Below are positions 24,414 to 36,386 of a DNA stretch of 64,000 nt, piece by piece. A program made the position numbers and the translations under genes. The notes under the pieces were generated by a model, which did not search any database, was not told the DNA's origin, and saw nothing but the letters and a program-made list of their open reading frames with translations. Origin of the DNA: Dudresnaya verticillata (Eukaryota); contig OZ374558.1 in assembly GCA_977862235.1 (NCBI GenBank), positions 310,001-374,000 on the forward strand, read 5' to 3'. Numbering within the stretch: the stretch's first letter is position 1; the number at the start of each line of letters is the position of its first letter.

Positions 24414-27244
24414 TTATTCAGTATAGCTCTTTGAGCAATCCCAGAGTATCCACTGTGTTGCTGAAATATTTAGCTTTCCCGCCATTAATTGCAAAAGAGC
24501 CGTGCTCTGTGCTACCTTCTTCATAGCGTCGGCGAGATTGGTCGCCCCCATAGTGTGGGCCATGCTATCAATTTCCTTTCGCTTGTACCACTGGCGTACA
24601 GCCTGCATCAAGATCATTAAGCGCGTATCTGTGCTGTATGAATTAAGAATGACCATATCAAACGGACACGCCGATTAGTGATAGTTTGTAGGTCGTACTT
24701 CAAGATATACCCGGTATCAAATCCTGCGGCGAATTCCATAATCTCAGCTGCGAGAGACGAGTGAGTAATCCTTCGACACTTCTTGATACAATACTCCACC
24801 AAATGTTTAGTACCGCGTCCGTTCACCAACGCAACAACGTAGCCGATCTGCGACGAAAAGTCGGCATTAAATGACGACTTTTCAATAACTTATTGGCGAG
24901 CGTTGATTCCGTCATTACTACAATGGATGCAGTGTCCATATCAAGCGGGGGAACTTCAATTCCCAGCTCTGGAGTCTTCTTCACATGTGTGATCACCTTG
25001 TTGGCAGCCTTGATGTTTTCTGGTCCGAAAATCCCTTCTGTCACGTGTGCTAACTTTTGCTACAGCACAAGAGATATCTGGGCGCGTGTTACTTAGCCAG
25101 GCCAAATTTGCCCGCGTTGATCTCGGGTTGTGATAGCTTATCTTTGCATTAATCTCGTCAAGCGTTTTGGCATACCCAGTTTGTGACAGTCTGTACCCAC
25201 CTCCATCTGCCTTGTCAATTCGAACGCCCGCAAATATTACTTCTCTGAGCTGTCCGTCCTTGCTTTTGAACCTCTCCATTGTCTTCCTGGTGTGTTTGAA
25301 GAACTCTGGAGTCCCCTTCTGAAGCGTACAATCAACAACTACGCCCGATAGCCCCACTAGCTTCTCCGATACTCTTCGGAAGCAGATACTTAGGTCCCCC
25401 ACTGTGTGGTTCATACCCATACTCTTTGGAAGTAGATACTTAGGTCCCCCACTGTGGGCTTCATGCCCATATCTACTTTATTATTCCTGTTGTTAGTGGA
25501 TCCCCAATAGTCTCCACTACTTGGGAGCCCATACAACGGGATGAGGAACGTAAGGAGGTGCTACTTCGGGAACTTCAGCTCTGCTTGAAGGTGCAAGTAG
25601 AACGTGCGTTTGAGAGGTCTTTCACTTTGTAAATAGGCCTGCGATATGTCGTATGAGCAGGCATTATACCCACAAATCACAGCTAGCGCGACGATGAGCC
25701 TTATCGACTGTTGTAGTACGGTAGTCGAGTCATGTAGGACGTTGCATTCTTCTTATCTGTATGACCTTGCATACGAAGCGCGCCTTAGGCATCTCGTGTT
25801 TAATCCCCACTTGCTTCAAATCCAAAGCGAACCGCGCACACATGACGTTAGCATCTCTTGGAATATCTGACTGCAGAACCCGTTCCCGTGTCTTCAGGGC
25901 TCCCAGACCTTCAATATCCTTCGCAAGAGCAATGTCGAACCGTTCTTCTTTTCCCCGCTTGCCGGCGAATACCAGAACGTCAGTCAGATAGATCCACTGG
26001 CCTCGTGCTGGCTGTAGCCTCTGTATGCAACTTTGTCCGACTGTTCGTGTTCGGTAAAGCATGGAGACTAGCCTGGGTCTGCGTTCACGTTGTCTTGCTC
26101 TGAATCAAAATCGCTTTCTGCCCTTCTTTCATTACTACTGTGCTGGTCCACGCCCAGGTCCGCTGGTTGGTCTGATTCAGGCTGCTCGCTTTCGACATCC
26201 GTTGTTTTATGCAGCTTTACGCTGCTCGCGTTGAACGCACGCGCCTTCCCGCCATCATCTGAAATTGTTGCGATCTTGCCTTCAAGCTTGCGAGTCCCTA
26301 ACGGTCCTGTCCATGCGCTGTCACTGGTGTGGAATAGCTGTAAGAACAGCTGTGGCACGCCCGTGCAGCTGTAAGACCAGCTGTGCCACGTGTGAACCCC
26401 TGTGCGCACGCTGTCAGCCGGTGGCGCCGAAGCCCCGCAGAACTGTAAGGAAGTGCGGTTTGGCGACAGCACGTACGCGTGTACGCTTGTGAAACTGGCA
26501 CTCCCGTGTATTTTCTACGTCTATTTTTGTGTAGTGTAAAGTACCGACTAGTGTAAGCGGCGGTCGAACACCCTGCTGTCACGGGTGCCATGCGCACGTA
26601 CTCCGTCGTAGAGCCGTTGAGTGCGTGACACGCGCGCGCGTACTCCGGCGGCGAGCCGTTGAGTACGTGTGGACCGTTTCGCCATGCACGCTCCCGGGTT
26701 ACCGTTACCCGTACGCGTCGACGCGTATCGGGGCGCGCCGGCGCACCTCCCGGGTTGGTGCCGCCGCGAGCATGGTGGTTTATTTAGTAGTCGCCCCTCT
26801 TGGCTAGAGTAAACGAAGGCAAACCAGCCTACGCCAGGCTTGCCCCTTTATGCTTTGGCTTCCTTCCCAGTCTTTCGGCCTACGGCTTCCCCTTTCCTCC
26901 AGCCGTCTAGGCTTTCCCTTTCCTTACAGGGCCGTCGGCTTCGTGCCGCCACACGACTGGCGTAATCATAGAGCTGCAGACATTTGCCGCGGATGGAAAG
27001 CTGTAGCCGTTCGCATAGAAGACGCGTGCAGCTGGCGCGGTTGGGAGAGCGAGGCTCTGCACGCCCATTGCGACGCAGTACAAGTTTCCAACCGCACATA
27101 TGCGAGAAAGGCGCTCCGCTTTATCGCTCTCAGTACGTGCACGACAGAAAGACGATCAAAAATGATGATTAAGCGCATCCCAATCATCACGCAGTCAGTT
27201 CGGGGTGTGTTTGACAGTAGGGATTCGGAGGGGAAAGACGACAT
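24414..27244 (-). pseudogene. Decayed Ty1/Copia pol (post-integrase region, RT, RNase H)
   Basis: ARFALDLK...KARFVC, DISQAYLQ, PLYGL..SGDYW, GLSGVVVD, LAWLSNTRPDISCAV, SSLAAEI, NLADA. Interrupted by the LTR at 26328-26955. Includes a 50-bp tandem duplication at ~25378-25471. Confidence 0.88.
26328..26955. mobile_element. Truncated family B LTR inserted in Copia pol
   Basis: Reverse complement of ~15495-16121. TSD ACTGG at 26323-26327 and 26956-26960. The host frame rejoins across it (..YDYAS|DSAWTGP..). Confidence 0.85.
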
Positions 27245-27249
27245 CAGGA

Positions 27250-28251
27250 CCGGGACATTGTTCGAAAGTTGACGATTGCTCCATCAGTTTTCCATGTCCA
27301 TTTGAGCGGGGGAAGGAGCATTTGAGAGAGGCGCCTTAGCTCAACTAGCTTCAACAACAGCTTTATAGAAGTATTCCACCTTGTCCTGTTCTGAACGATG
27401 CGTTTTAGGTCCTTGGGGAGCGAACTTGGCGATCCTTTCTCGAAACGCCTCAAGCCCTCCGTATCAGTCCATTTATTAGCCTTAACTATAGAGTTTAGCT
27501 TTACGATCTGAAGGTGCTTACGTACATGGCTCTCTAGAGTGATATTGTTGTACTCCTCTTACACAATACGAACTGTTGCGGCGAATTTGTCACAGTGATC
27601 TGTTACGTTTTCAGGATAGAATTGTTTAGTTTCCCATCAGAGATATTGTGGAGAACAGTAGCTTTTGTGATTTGTCCAGCCTGTAGTCTCTGGCCACGTC
27701 AGGGTAGTTGTTGCTGTGTCCTGAGAGGTCCTCACTAAGCCTTCCAATAAACTTATCACCTTTCTTGAAGCGGGTAGCTACGTTGTGGGTAAGCTTCTTC
27801 TCATCTGTGATAGCAGCAACTATTTGTATTCCTCCAACGGAAGTGACATTTGTAGGTGACGGGACTCCGCCAGGGTGAGAGCTTTGGGCTACCGGGAGTG
27901 TTTGCTGCTACAAGACGAGCAATAGCGTTAGTTTGCTCTGCCTCGGTAGCGCTAAGAATAGAGGGTGGACCGAACACAACCCGGTTGCTCTGAGGGTGCT
28001 GTGTGTAGGTCAGAAACTTTACAGTGAAATCGTCTGATAATCCGGTAGAGAAAAGCAAGTCCCCTGATAGCGCCCTCCGAGTAGAGGGTCTCCACTGGGA
28101 GGCCCTCTCGGAGGTCGGCGATTACACTCGCATCTGTTGCCTGGGGGTCAGCTAATACGTGCACAGATATTGCTGCCTTGATGTCCTGTTGTAATGGGGT
28201 ACTGGGAATGTAACCGTTTAGTGCCCCTTTTACAGATACCAAAGTAACCAT
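27250..28251 (-). pseudogene. Decayed gag-like ORF, probably of the Copia element
   Basis: ATG at 28251. Frameshifted fragments ..HNVATRFKKGDKFIGRLSEDL..VARDYRL..QKL..IAKFAPQGP..SEQDKVEY lie upstream of and co-oriented with Copia pol. Confidence 0.6.
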
Positions 28252-31200
28252 GGTATCCTATCTTAATATACTACTGTTTTCGATTTTTCCTTTTTTGATC
28301 CCCTTTTCCTAACAGCCTTTCTGTTTTAGGTCCATTTTCTCTTTATCTTTATATTTATATTTCCTTTTCTTTTTCTTTCTTTCGGGGGGTTCAGGGCTCC
28401 TGGGTACCAACCCGTTTTGCTAAAGTAGCTAATACTGTGTTAATCGGCACAGGAGTCCACCGTCCTCGCGCGGAGACGAGCACCCTGTAAGTGCCCCTGG
28501 AGGTCGTGCTGAGGGGAAAAAGTGACCTCGAACACCTCATAGCACGAGCGCTTTATGCGTTCCGAACGGCGCTGTAATGCGCGGCGTAGCAGGGCTCCAA
28601 AAAGGCACTGAGCGGGCTGTGCAATCGTGGATAATTTCAAATCGCAAGACTGACAGTGCTATGTGCGACGGCGGCGGCATGGGGCTCCCTCTTGATGCGG
28701 GATTCCGCGTCGCGCCTGATACTGTCAGCCGTGCAGTGGCCCAATGGGCACTGCCAGTGCGGCAGGCGCGGGTTGGGCGGGGCGGCGATATAGGCAGGAG
28801 GGGTACACTGCTGGCACTCTCAGAAATATCTGACCCTTGAGCCTCTAATTCGATGAGCCGGTGCGCGGCGGTAGATTCGCTAGACGAATCAGAGGCGGGC
28901 AAAGTAGATGGTTGGTCAGTGCGGCGGCGTCTCCGAACCTCACGTTCGCGATGTAAACGCTCACGGATGACCTTCGAGTCGTCTGCGCTACTCTCATTCT
29001 TTCAGTAGCGTGCCTCAGCAAGAAAGGACAAAAAGTTAGATCTTCTAATAACTTTAGCCTGTTTCTTACAGTGAAAATGCAGTAATTCATAGTACTGTTG
29101 CAGTAATTACTGTTAGGCCCAGTCGGGGCGTAATTTGACGCCTCTAGAGGAGACTACCAACAAGACTGTTGGCTCCTAGAGAGTGTACAAATCTAACAGG
29201 AAATTGCCCTTATATGGGTTTTCGTCAGCGGTAGAGCTCGACCGTGGTACCGCTATTGTCGGTCGAGACAGGGGGATTGGTCCGGTTGAAGTGGTCCAGT
29301 AGGGCCAAAACGTTGAACCGGTCACGGTCTTGTTAAAATAATCAGCCCGGACCACGCCGTATGCTGCGTCGAGGGTGGGAGCGCCTTGGCCTGTAGCGGT
29401 CGGTGGTGCGGTTGCGCCGGCAGCAATGGTGCTTCTTGGTTTTACTCAGAGCGTTGGTGTTGTTCGTGATGCCATACCAGTTCTAATATTCGGCTCTACA
29501 TGAGATTTAAGTACGTCGAGGAAGGACTAAAAGTTTAACTTAGAATGTGGCGAAAAGGCCTAAATCTAGTGCAAATCGCAGCTGTTACCCATAAAGGTTC
29601 TTAATTAGTATTAAAACGGCCGTTTTTATAAGCGAACTAGTCTACCTGTGGCGTTTCCTGGGTGGGTTGGGTGCGATAAATCAGTGCCACGGCCCTATTA
29701 TGCTACCGAGGGGAAGTTGTACGATGCTATTGCAGTATTGTGTATCAATATAATATGGTTGGACCAATCCATAATGTATACAAATCCAAAATAATTTTGG
29801 ATTTCGATCCGCCTTACAGTAGAAGCCCTAATGGGCACTCAAACAGTGGGGACCATTACACAGAACCAGTTCCGGGTCTTTCAATAACTCTGCCTCTCGC
29901 CGCTGATGCATCGTTTGTTAGAGTCCCGTTCTTCTCTTTGTCCTGCGCTTTGTCCTTTTTCTTCATTTAGTCCCCCACTTCTCCTAACATACTTTCTTCC
30001 TTGTTGTCCTGCGTTTAGCTGGGCTTTCTTCGTGTTATCCTGCTTTTCTGCTAAGTTTTGTATGTCGCTTTGTCCTCGCTGTTTCATTCGCCCTCTCCTT
30101 CGTGTTGCCTTGCTTTACTGTCGAGCTTGTTAAGTTGCTTGAAATGGATTATGACACACGAGGAGAATTTTAAATTATACATCAGCCTATGTGATTAATC
30201 AGAGCAGCTTCTGTTCTTCCTTTGGAGAAAGGGAGCAAGAGCAGGTGACATGTACTTGCTGTCGAAGAATACATTTTCTAATACAATTTTAGCTGCGCCG
30301 GAGGACTTGAAAATAGGGGAGAGAGATCGGAGGTCCTTCAAAATCGTCTAGGGTCCTACATATTTGACACGACGTTAAAGGCAAGGACCCACACTGTTAA
30401 ATGAATTCTCTGGGGGACGAGAAGGGATACAACACCAATACCAACTGCATTTTCGTGGAAAGGGCACAGTTCGAGAAGCGAAGGTTAGCCGCGTTTCGGC
30501 ACTTGTAAACGGGATCAGCAGGTGACACTTTGGATATTAGGGTTATATCCTTGCGTTGAATTGAAATGAGATTCAACGGGGAGGTGGGAGGGACCGTGCC
30601 GTTGCAAGGGGTCCCTGGACCGTAATACAGGGATTTAGTCTCAAGAACACGTCGCTCTGTTGTCAAATATGCCACATGATAGATAGGCGGTGTTTCAGGG
30701 CAGCTAGGATCATAAAAGTCCGAGGAGTGACGATGCTGCTCGCAGACTAATCTCTTTTGTTCCATACTTGTATCCTGCGTAATGTGTGAATCTGTCTTCT
30801 GTGATGGCACTTATTGTTGTACTTTTCTATTTGTTTAAATTTCTATAGCACTTTATTATAATGAACGGGCAGCTGAGGCCCATATGTAAGAGCACTGGAA
30901 TCCAGGGAGACTCAGTTAAGGTACTCTAGGCACTAGAGGTAATGGAGATGTCGCTGGGCATGTGCCACACAGTGTGGTATTGTTCAATTTCCCTCTTTAA
31001 CGTAATACGCAGCAGGCCCTCGAACCTACAGATGATGTTTTAGGAGAAGGTGTCAGACAATGTGTCGAATAGGCGACAGATATTCAAAGGTACCTGGTCT
31101 GCAGCGCGCATATTCTCCGATACAGCTTGTAACTTATTTGAAGCTTTACTACGGCACTACAATGCATGATTTGGTCAACAGCTTCGCTTTTAGTGAATGC

Positions 31201-32415
31201 GGATAGATAGCTACCAGACATTTAATCAAATCAGTACTGTAGTATCTCTAAAGCACCACCACGTACGGCGGCCAGACGAGACCCCAAGAAAACCCAAAAG
31301 ACATGTCGGATTTCGTAGAAACTGGCCAAACGTAGAACGGACCTGCGCGCCGGTAGCAAGCGTGGTAGAGCAGGAGCGCGCAGACGAAGTCGTGACGAAA
31401 ATCTGTGATGAGGACAGAAAATGGCCAAGTCGGGGGTTCAGTTGCTAACTTTACTCCCAACCTCTGGCGGGACGGCTTCGTGCCTGCGTTGGCTGAGCCG
31501 AGGTATGTGACCGTCTAAGTAGACCCAAAATCGGCCATCTGAGCTATCCTAAGGCTATTCTACAGTTAGTGGCCGAGGTTACTCACCATGGCCCAAAATG
31601 TCTTCTCGAATCCTGGCTTCGGGCCAATATTAGAGCCCTACCGAATTAAATCGAGTACTTGTCAGTTGATCAGTGGTTGTAGCAGTTAGATTTCCCTTGA
31701 TTTTTTCGTGCTTGATTCCTTGATATGGTGTCGCGGCCAAATCCTTTTTCCGTAATCCGACCCCGTTTTGATCCCGATTGGCCTATCCAGATTACCTCAG
31801 TCGTCCAGATACGATCACTCCTCCTTGTGCTGGCCACGTGGTTGACACGTGCACGCGTATGACCCACGTGTCATGCGTGTAGCTCCCTGCCGGTGTCCAC
31901 CGCCGTCCGCGTGGCCGTACAGTAGTGACTTCGGCCAAGTGTCTCCTATGAGTTGGCCAATTCGGGTGCGTGGCCCGGTCGAGAGGCGTGTTTTCGGAGG
32001 CCCCTTGCCGTTGCACCACACAGACCCCTTCGCAAGAGCGGACGCCTGGCCGCGAGGGTTTCATCTGGCCATATCAGTGCGCATGATCCGCGACGGGACA
32101 CACTCCCTATGCCCGGCCATCAACTCAGCAACCGCCTCCTTCTCCTCATCGTTACCCCAACATTCCCCCTGACGGCCTTCAACTTGCTTCCTCCAGTGTT
32201 TCCTGATGGCGGGTGGTCCCGCGAAGTCGTGCCCGCGTCGGGCAGCGGCCACAAAGAAGAAAGCGCCACGGCCCCCGTCTTCCTCATCGAGTCCATCCTC
32301 GTCGCGTTCGAGCGACGACGAGGCTATTGCCACGCTGGCCACAAAGATGGCGGCTAAGAAGAACATTGGCTAGTCATCACGGTCGCGTGCTACTTCTGCG
32401 CCCAAGTCGAAATCG

Positions 32416-33432
32416 ATGCCCGCAGCTGTTGGTGTGGCGAGCTCCGCGTCGCCCCCTTCAGGGGCGAAAGTTTTCTCCGTGGCGCCGTCGGCCAGCGTTG
32501 CAGTGCCAACTCCTACCACTGGCCAAAAGATGGCTATTGCTGAGCAGCCTTCCCTTCCTGTGACATTTCAAGAGCTGCGTCGCCAAGGGTGGTCAGACGC
32601 CGATGCGACCGACTTTATGGAAGCGATAATGGCCAGCCGAAGACGAAGGGAGGCCGAAGATCAGGAGATCGCCGCGTTGAAAGAACGCTTGGCCAACGCG
32701 CAAAAGGCTAAGGCCACACCAACGGTGACCATTGTTGACTCGTCATCATCTGAGGCGGCACCGGTAAGCAAGGTTGCGGCCGTGAAGAAGGTGTCTACCC
32801 ATCTTGCGTCGGTGGCCGCGAATAAGTCAGATGCCGCTGGCCAGAAGATGCCGGAAGAAAAGGGGGTGGTCCTGGCCGAGGTCGCTCGACTTGAGGCCGG
32901 TGTTCCTTCTGCTCAGTCGGGGGCGACGAAGTCTACGCCGTGCGCCATCAACCCAACGCCCGCTCCTTTGGCCATACCGTCTGACCAGTTGCTTGGCCCT
33001 AAGACAGTGCAGGCTACGGCAGCTGCGGCTGCGGAAGTTGCACTGGCCAAGTTGCCGGAGGATGTCTCAACTCCTACACCCATCGAGGGAGAGGTGGCTA
33101 AGGAGAATAATGACCAGAAGGGAGAGGAAGTGGTATCACAGAAGAAGCCGGCTGCTGATGCTTTGGCCAAGGTCCCTATTCCGCGTAAGGCTCCAACATC
33201 TGGGACCCCTAGCACTTCAAGGAAGTCGACGCCGCGGCTCCGATCTGTGCCTTCGCCATTCATGCCCACAGCGGCGAGTCGGGCTCGTGAGCGCGGCCAG
33301 AATAAGGGAGGTCGTCAAGCTTCTAGGCGCCCTCCGCCAAAGAAGCAACGTCTCCAGGTGAAGGAGGTGGCCAAACGTCGAAGAAACCCACTGGCCAAAT
33401 CGAAGCATCGAGGGCCGAGTTCATCGATGTAG
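32416..33432 (+). CDS. Antisense accessory ORF of element 3, part 1 (Ala/Pro/Ser/Lys-rich, NLS-like RRPPPKKQRL..KRRR)
   Basis: 338-aa ORF. Probably joined to the next two ORFs by frameshifts. Confidence 0.6.
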   Translation: MPAAVGVASSASPPSGAKVFSVAPSASVAVPTPTTGQKMAIAEQPSLPVTFQELRRQGWSDADATDFMEAIMASRRRREAEDQEIAALKERLANAQKAKATPTVTIVDSSSSEAAPVSKVAAVKKVSTHLASVAANKSDAAGQKMPEEKGVVLAEVARLEAGVPSAQSGATKSTPCAINPTPAPLAIPSDQLLGPKTVQATAAAAAEVALAKLPEDVSTPTPIEGEVAKENNDQKGEEVVSQKKPAADALAKVPIPRKAPTSGTPSTSRKSTPRLRSVPSPFMPTAASRARERGQNKGGRQASRRPPPKKQRLQVKEVAKRRRNPLAKSKHRGPSSSM

Positions 33433-33496
33433 ACACTGATGCGCCAGTGACGCCAGCCAACCTCATGTCCGATGGGGATCGTCAGCGGTTTCGGCC

Positions 33497-34528
33497 ATGT
33501 TGCCAGATTCTCCTCCTCCGCCAGGTGATGCTGGCCAGCGAGGTGATCCTCGTGCCAGTTCCGTTATTCCGCGTGAAGATGTGATTGGAGTGGCCGGTGG
33601 CGCATTCAACGCCGAGTCGGCTATTGCAATTCAGAAGAGCAGCCAGCCACAGCGTGACTGCCCTGCAGCGCCGCACACCCAATCGGCTTTGCCGATGCGG
33701 GCAGATGTGGTCCCGGGTGTTGAGGACCTGACTGGCCCCGAGCTGCTTCTTGATGAGCGCGTGCCTGGGATGTCGATTTGGCCAAAGTTTCCTCGTATCA
33801 ACATACCGTATGAGGAGTTGGTGGCCGTGAGCAATAAGATGGATATGGTCCGTCTGCTCGAATGCCATTTTCCCTTGGGCAAAGCGTGGCAAAAGTTTCG
33901 CGATGCTCACTTTGGGGGCCATCTCTACTGGATCCCTAGCGAGATCAAGTGTGACCGCAGTTTCCTCATGAATATGGGGGATGTGGTGTATGTCCACAAG
34001 GCATGGCTGGCGTTAATGGGCCAAACAATTGAGCATCCTTATGTGGCCACTTGGTTCTATTGTTTTCCTCAGGCATGGATGCTTGATCGGGTCGACCAGA
34101 CAGTGGTGAGGAATGCCAAAGTGGCCAGCACAGACCCTCGGCGCCTTGTGGCTCCCGTGGATTGGATGGCTTTTCGCGTCGGTAGTAGTTACATCTACCA
34201 GGCCAACTCACGCACATCGCAGAACTTCTCCCATTCAGTGGAATATTTCCCCGGCGTGCCCGCGTTTCTCTGGAAGGAGTGGCCATGTTCGGGCGAGGCT
34301 GTGTTGATCAGCCCAATGGCTTATTACTTCGTTGCCCAATATCATGCTCGAGCCGGCGATGTCGACTGGGTTGAGACGTTCCAGAAAATTGTGGGTATGG
34401 AAGTTCACATAATGGCCAGCGTCTTTTCCGCTACGAAGCACAAGCGTCAAAGCGCATGTGGGGGATGGCCCTGCCAGCAATTCGTCGGCGTATCAAAGTG
34501 GTGCGCAACCTCTCCTTCTTACCTGTGA
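33497..34528 (+). CDS. Antisense accessory ORF of element 3, part 2 (Trp/Tyr-rich globular domain, unknown function)
   Basis: 343-aa ORF with protein-like composition, overlapping part 3. Confidence 0.65.
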   Translation: MLPDSPPPPGDAGQRGDPRASSVIPREDVIGVAGGAFNAESAIAIQKSSQPQRDCPAAPHTQSALPMRADVVPGVEDLTGPELLLDERVPGMSIWPKFPRINIPYEELVAVSNKMDMVRLLECHFPLGKAWQKFRDAHFGGHLYWIPSEIKCDRSFLMNMGDVVYVHKAWLALMGQTIEHPYVATWFYCFPQAWMLDRVDQTVVRNAKVASTDPRRLVAPVDWMAFRVGSSYIYQANSRTSQNFSHSVEYFPGVPAFLWKEWPCSGEAVLISPMAYYFVAQYHARAGDVDWVETFQKIVGMEVHIMASVFSATKHKRQSACGGWPCQQFVGVSKWCATSPSYL

Positions 34529-35580
34529 ACTCGGATTTTCAGCATCAGTTCAACCACGTCTCCTGGCCAGACATTGTCAACCTCTATGAGCTTTTGGCCG
34601 ACGCTGTGACTCATCTGGATTACTTATTCCAACGAAAGCATGACCATGATAACACGCTGCGTTACTGTGGCTTTGACTGGAGAAAGCAGGTGACCTTCCG
34701 CCATGGAAATAGCTTTGGTGTCGAAGTGGCCAATGAGTCTTCCATCGTGCGGCCAGCGACCTTACACCCTCATCCTCGCTTGGTAGCGGAGTTATCAGTC
34801 CGCGGCCATCTGAATCAAGCGGCGCTCGTCAATGTATTGCTTCAGATCTATCAGATCATAAGCCGCTTGAGCGACGCCAAACATGGCCAAGCAGAGGAGA
34901 TTAATCGGCTTCGTCGTAATCTGGAAAATGGCGAAGCAGTGATCAAGCGTGGGGAAGAGCAGTTGGCCAATGTGAGGCGCCAAGTGGAATATGCTGGGTC
35001 TGATGTTCAAGTGTTGAAGGAGAAGTTGGCCAGAGCGGAAGAGCAGGGGCACGAGTGGAAGAGACAGCGGGATCGATGGTGTGACGACGCGCACACGCAG
35101 CAGGGCTTATTGGACATGGAGCACCACCGCAACCTCCACCAAATGGTCACATTTCGAGCATATGCTGCTCAACCGTTTGGTCAATTGCCTAAATATCCTC
35201 TTCCTTCTATGCCAACGCCTGCAGCAGTGATGACACAGTATCCGAGGGTGTCAGTTGCGCCTGTGGCCACTCCGACTTCGACGCAAGCAGTTGATGCTAA
35301 TGGCACCCAGTCGCGCTTAGCGCCTCGGCCAAGTGATTATCAGCCAGAACAGGTTGGACCGACTGTCACTGCACCTCCTACTCCAGTGGCCGATACTCCG
35401 TCGGCTGGCCCGGTGCCAAGTGCCTTGCCCCTTCCTGCTGCATCGCCTTTCCTTAGGTCGCCGGCCGACCCGGCCTCGGACTCGGGTGCTCATGCGGGGG
35501 CGCGTGCGGCTGCGGCTCCCAGGGTGCAAGGCCCCTATGCGCCGCAGTCGCCACACGCATCGGGCCCTTATGGCCGTTAG
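34456..35580 (+). CDS. Antisense accessory ORF of element 3, part 3 (coiled coil plus Pro-rich tail)
   Basis: 374-aa ORF with the heptad-like segment QAEEINRLRRNLENGEAVIKRGEEQLANVRRQVE..VQVLKEKLARAEEQ. Confidence 0.65.
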   Translation: MWGMALPAIRRRIKVVRNLSFLPVNSDFQHQFNHVSWPDIVNLYELLADAVTHLDYLFQRKHDHDNTLRYCGFDWRKQVTFRHGNSFGVEVANESSIVRPATLHPHPRLVAELSVRGHLNQAALVNVLLQIYQIISRLSDAKHGQAEEINRLRRNLENGEAVIKRGEEQLANVRRQVEYAGSDVQVLKEKLARAEEQGHEWKRQRDRWCDDAHTQQGLLDMEHHRNLHQMVTFRAYAAQPFGQLPKYPLPSMPTPAAVMTQYPRVSVAPVATPTSTQAVDANGTQSRLAPRPSDYQPEQVGPTVTAPPTPVADTPSAGPVPSALPLPAASPFLRSPADPASDSGAHAGARAAAAPRVQGPYAPQSPHASGPYGR

Positions 35581-36386
35581 TAGCTTCAAGGTGACGTGAA
35601 CGAGTTAGTGTTTGGCCATGATACATATCTCATCATGGCCCAGTTGATGTTAATGTTGTTGTTGTTTGTGACTCAAAAGTTAGGAGCCATAGTTTTTGTT
35701 CTTGGTTAGTTGTCCTCTCTGGCCAAGCTTCGTGTTAAACACATTGGTTGCTTTCAAATTGCTTTGCGGAAGAGAGAAGAGTTAGGGTGGGCATCAAAGC
35801 AGAAGTGGTTAAGCACTGGGTTGATGAGTGGCCAGTTTGACGAGCCATTAGTTGTGGACAGTGAACGTGGCTATTCTGGGACGGCCAGGGCACGAAAGGT
35901 ATCCCGTGTGTGCTTTTTCCACTGTCCCCCTTCCAGGAGACGGCCAAAATCCCAAGTTCCATGAGCCTGGCCATTTTTCTTTCGGGCACCGAGTTGGCGT
36001 TAGGTGCTTATGGCAGGTTGATGTCTTCGCCGGGTGAAAATGTCTTTGGTGTCACGGGTCAATGGTTTGAAAATTGCTGTTACCACGAAGAGACGGAGCT
36101 GATGAGAACCGCCTCCCCCCATTTTACACTCAATTAGATTGGCCCTACTCGGAGATTCACTGTCACACAACGCCCCCGCGTAATGATTGGCCAGCTGACA
36201 CCCCGATGCGTGCCAAGCCCTAACTGCTTGCCGCCGTGCTGAAGACGAACGGTGCTACCCAGGAATATTTGTAGCCCAACACTCCAACCTCCTGTCGGTC
36301 GCTCACCCTCTCTCCTCGCACACGTATGCGTACGCTCATTTTGGCCAAGCGGTGACTGCACTCACTGAAACTTTGGCCCCGCTTTC

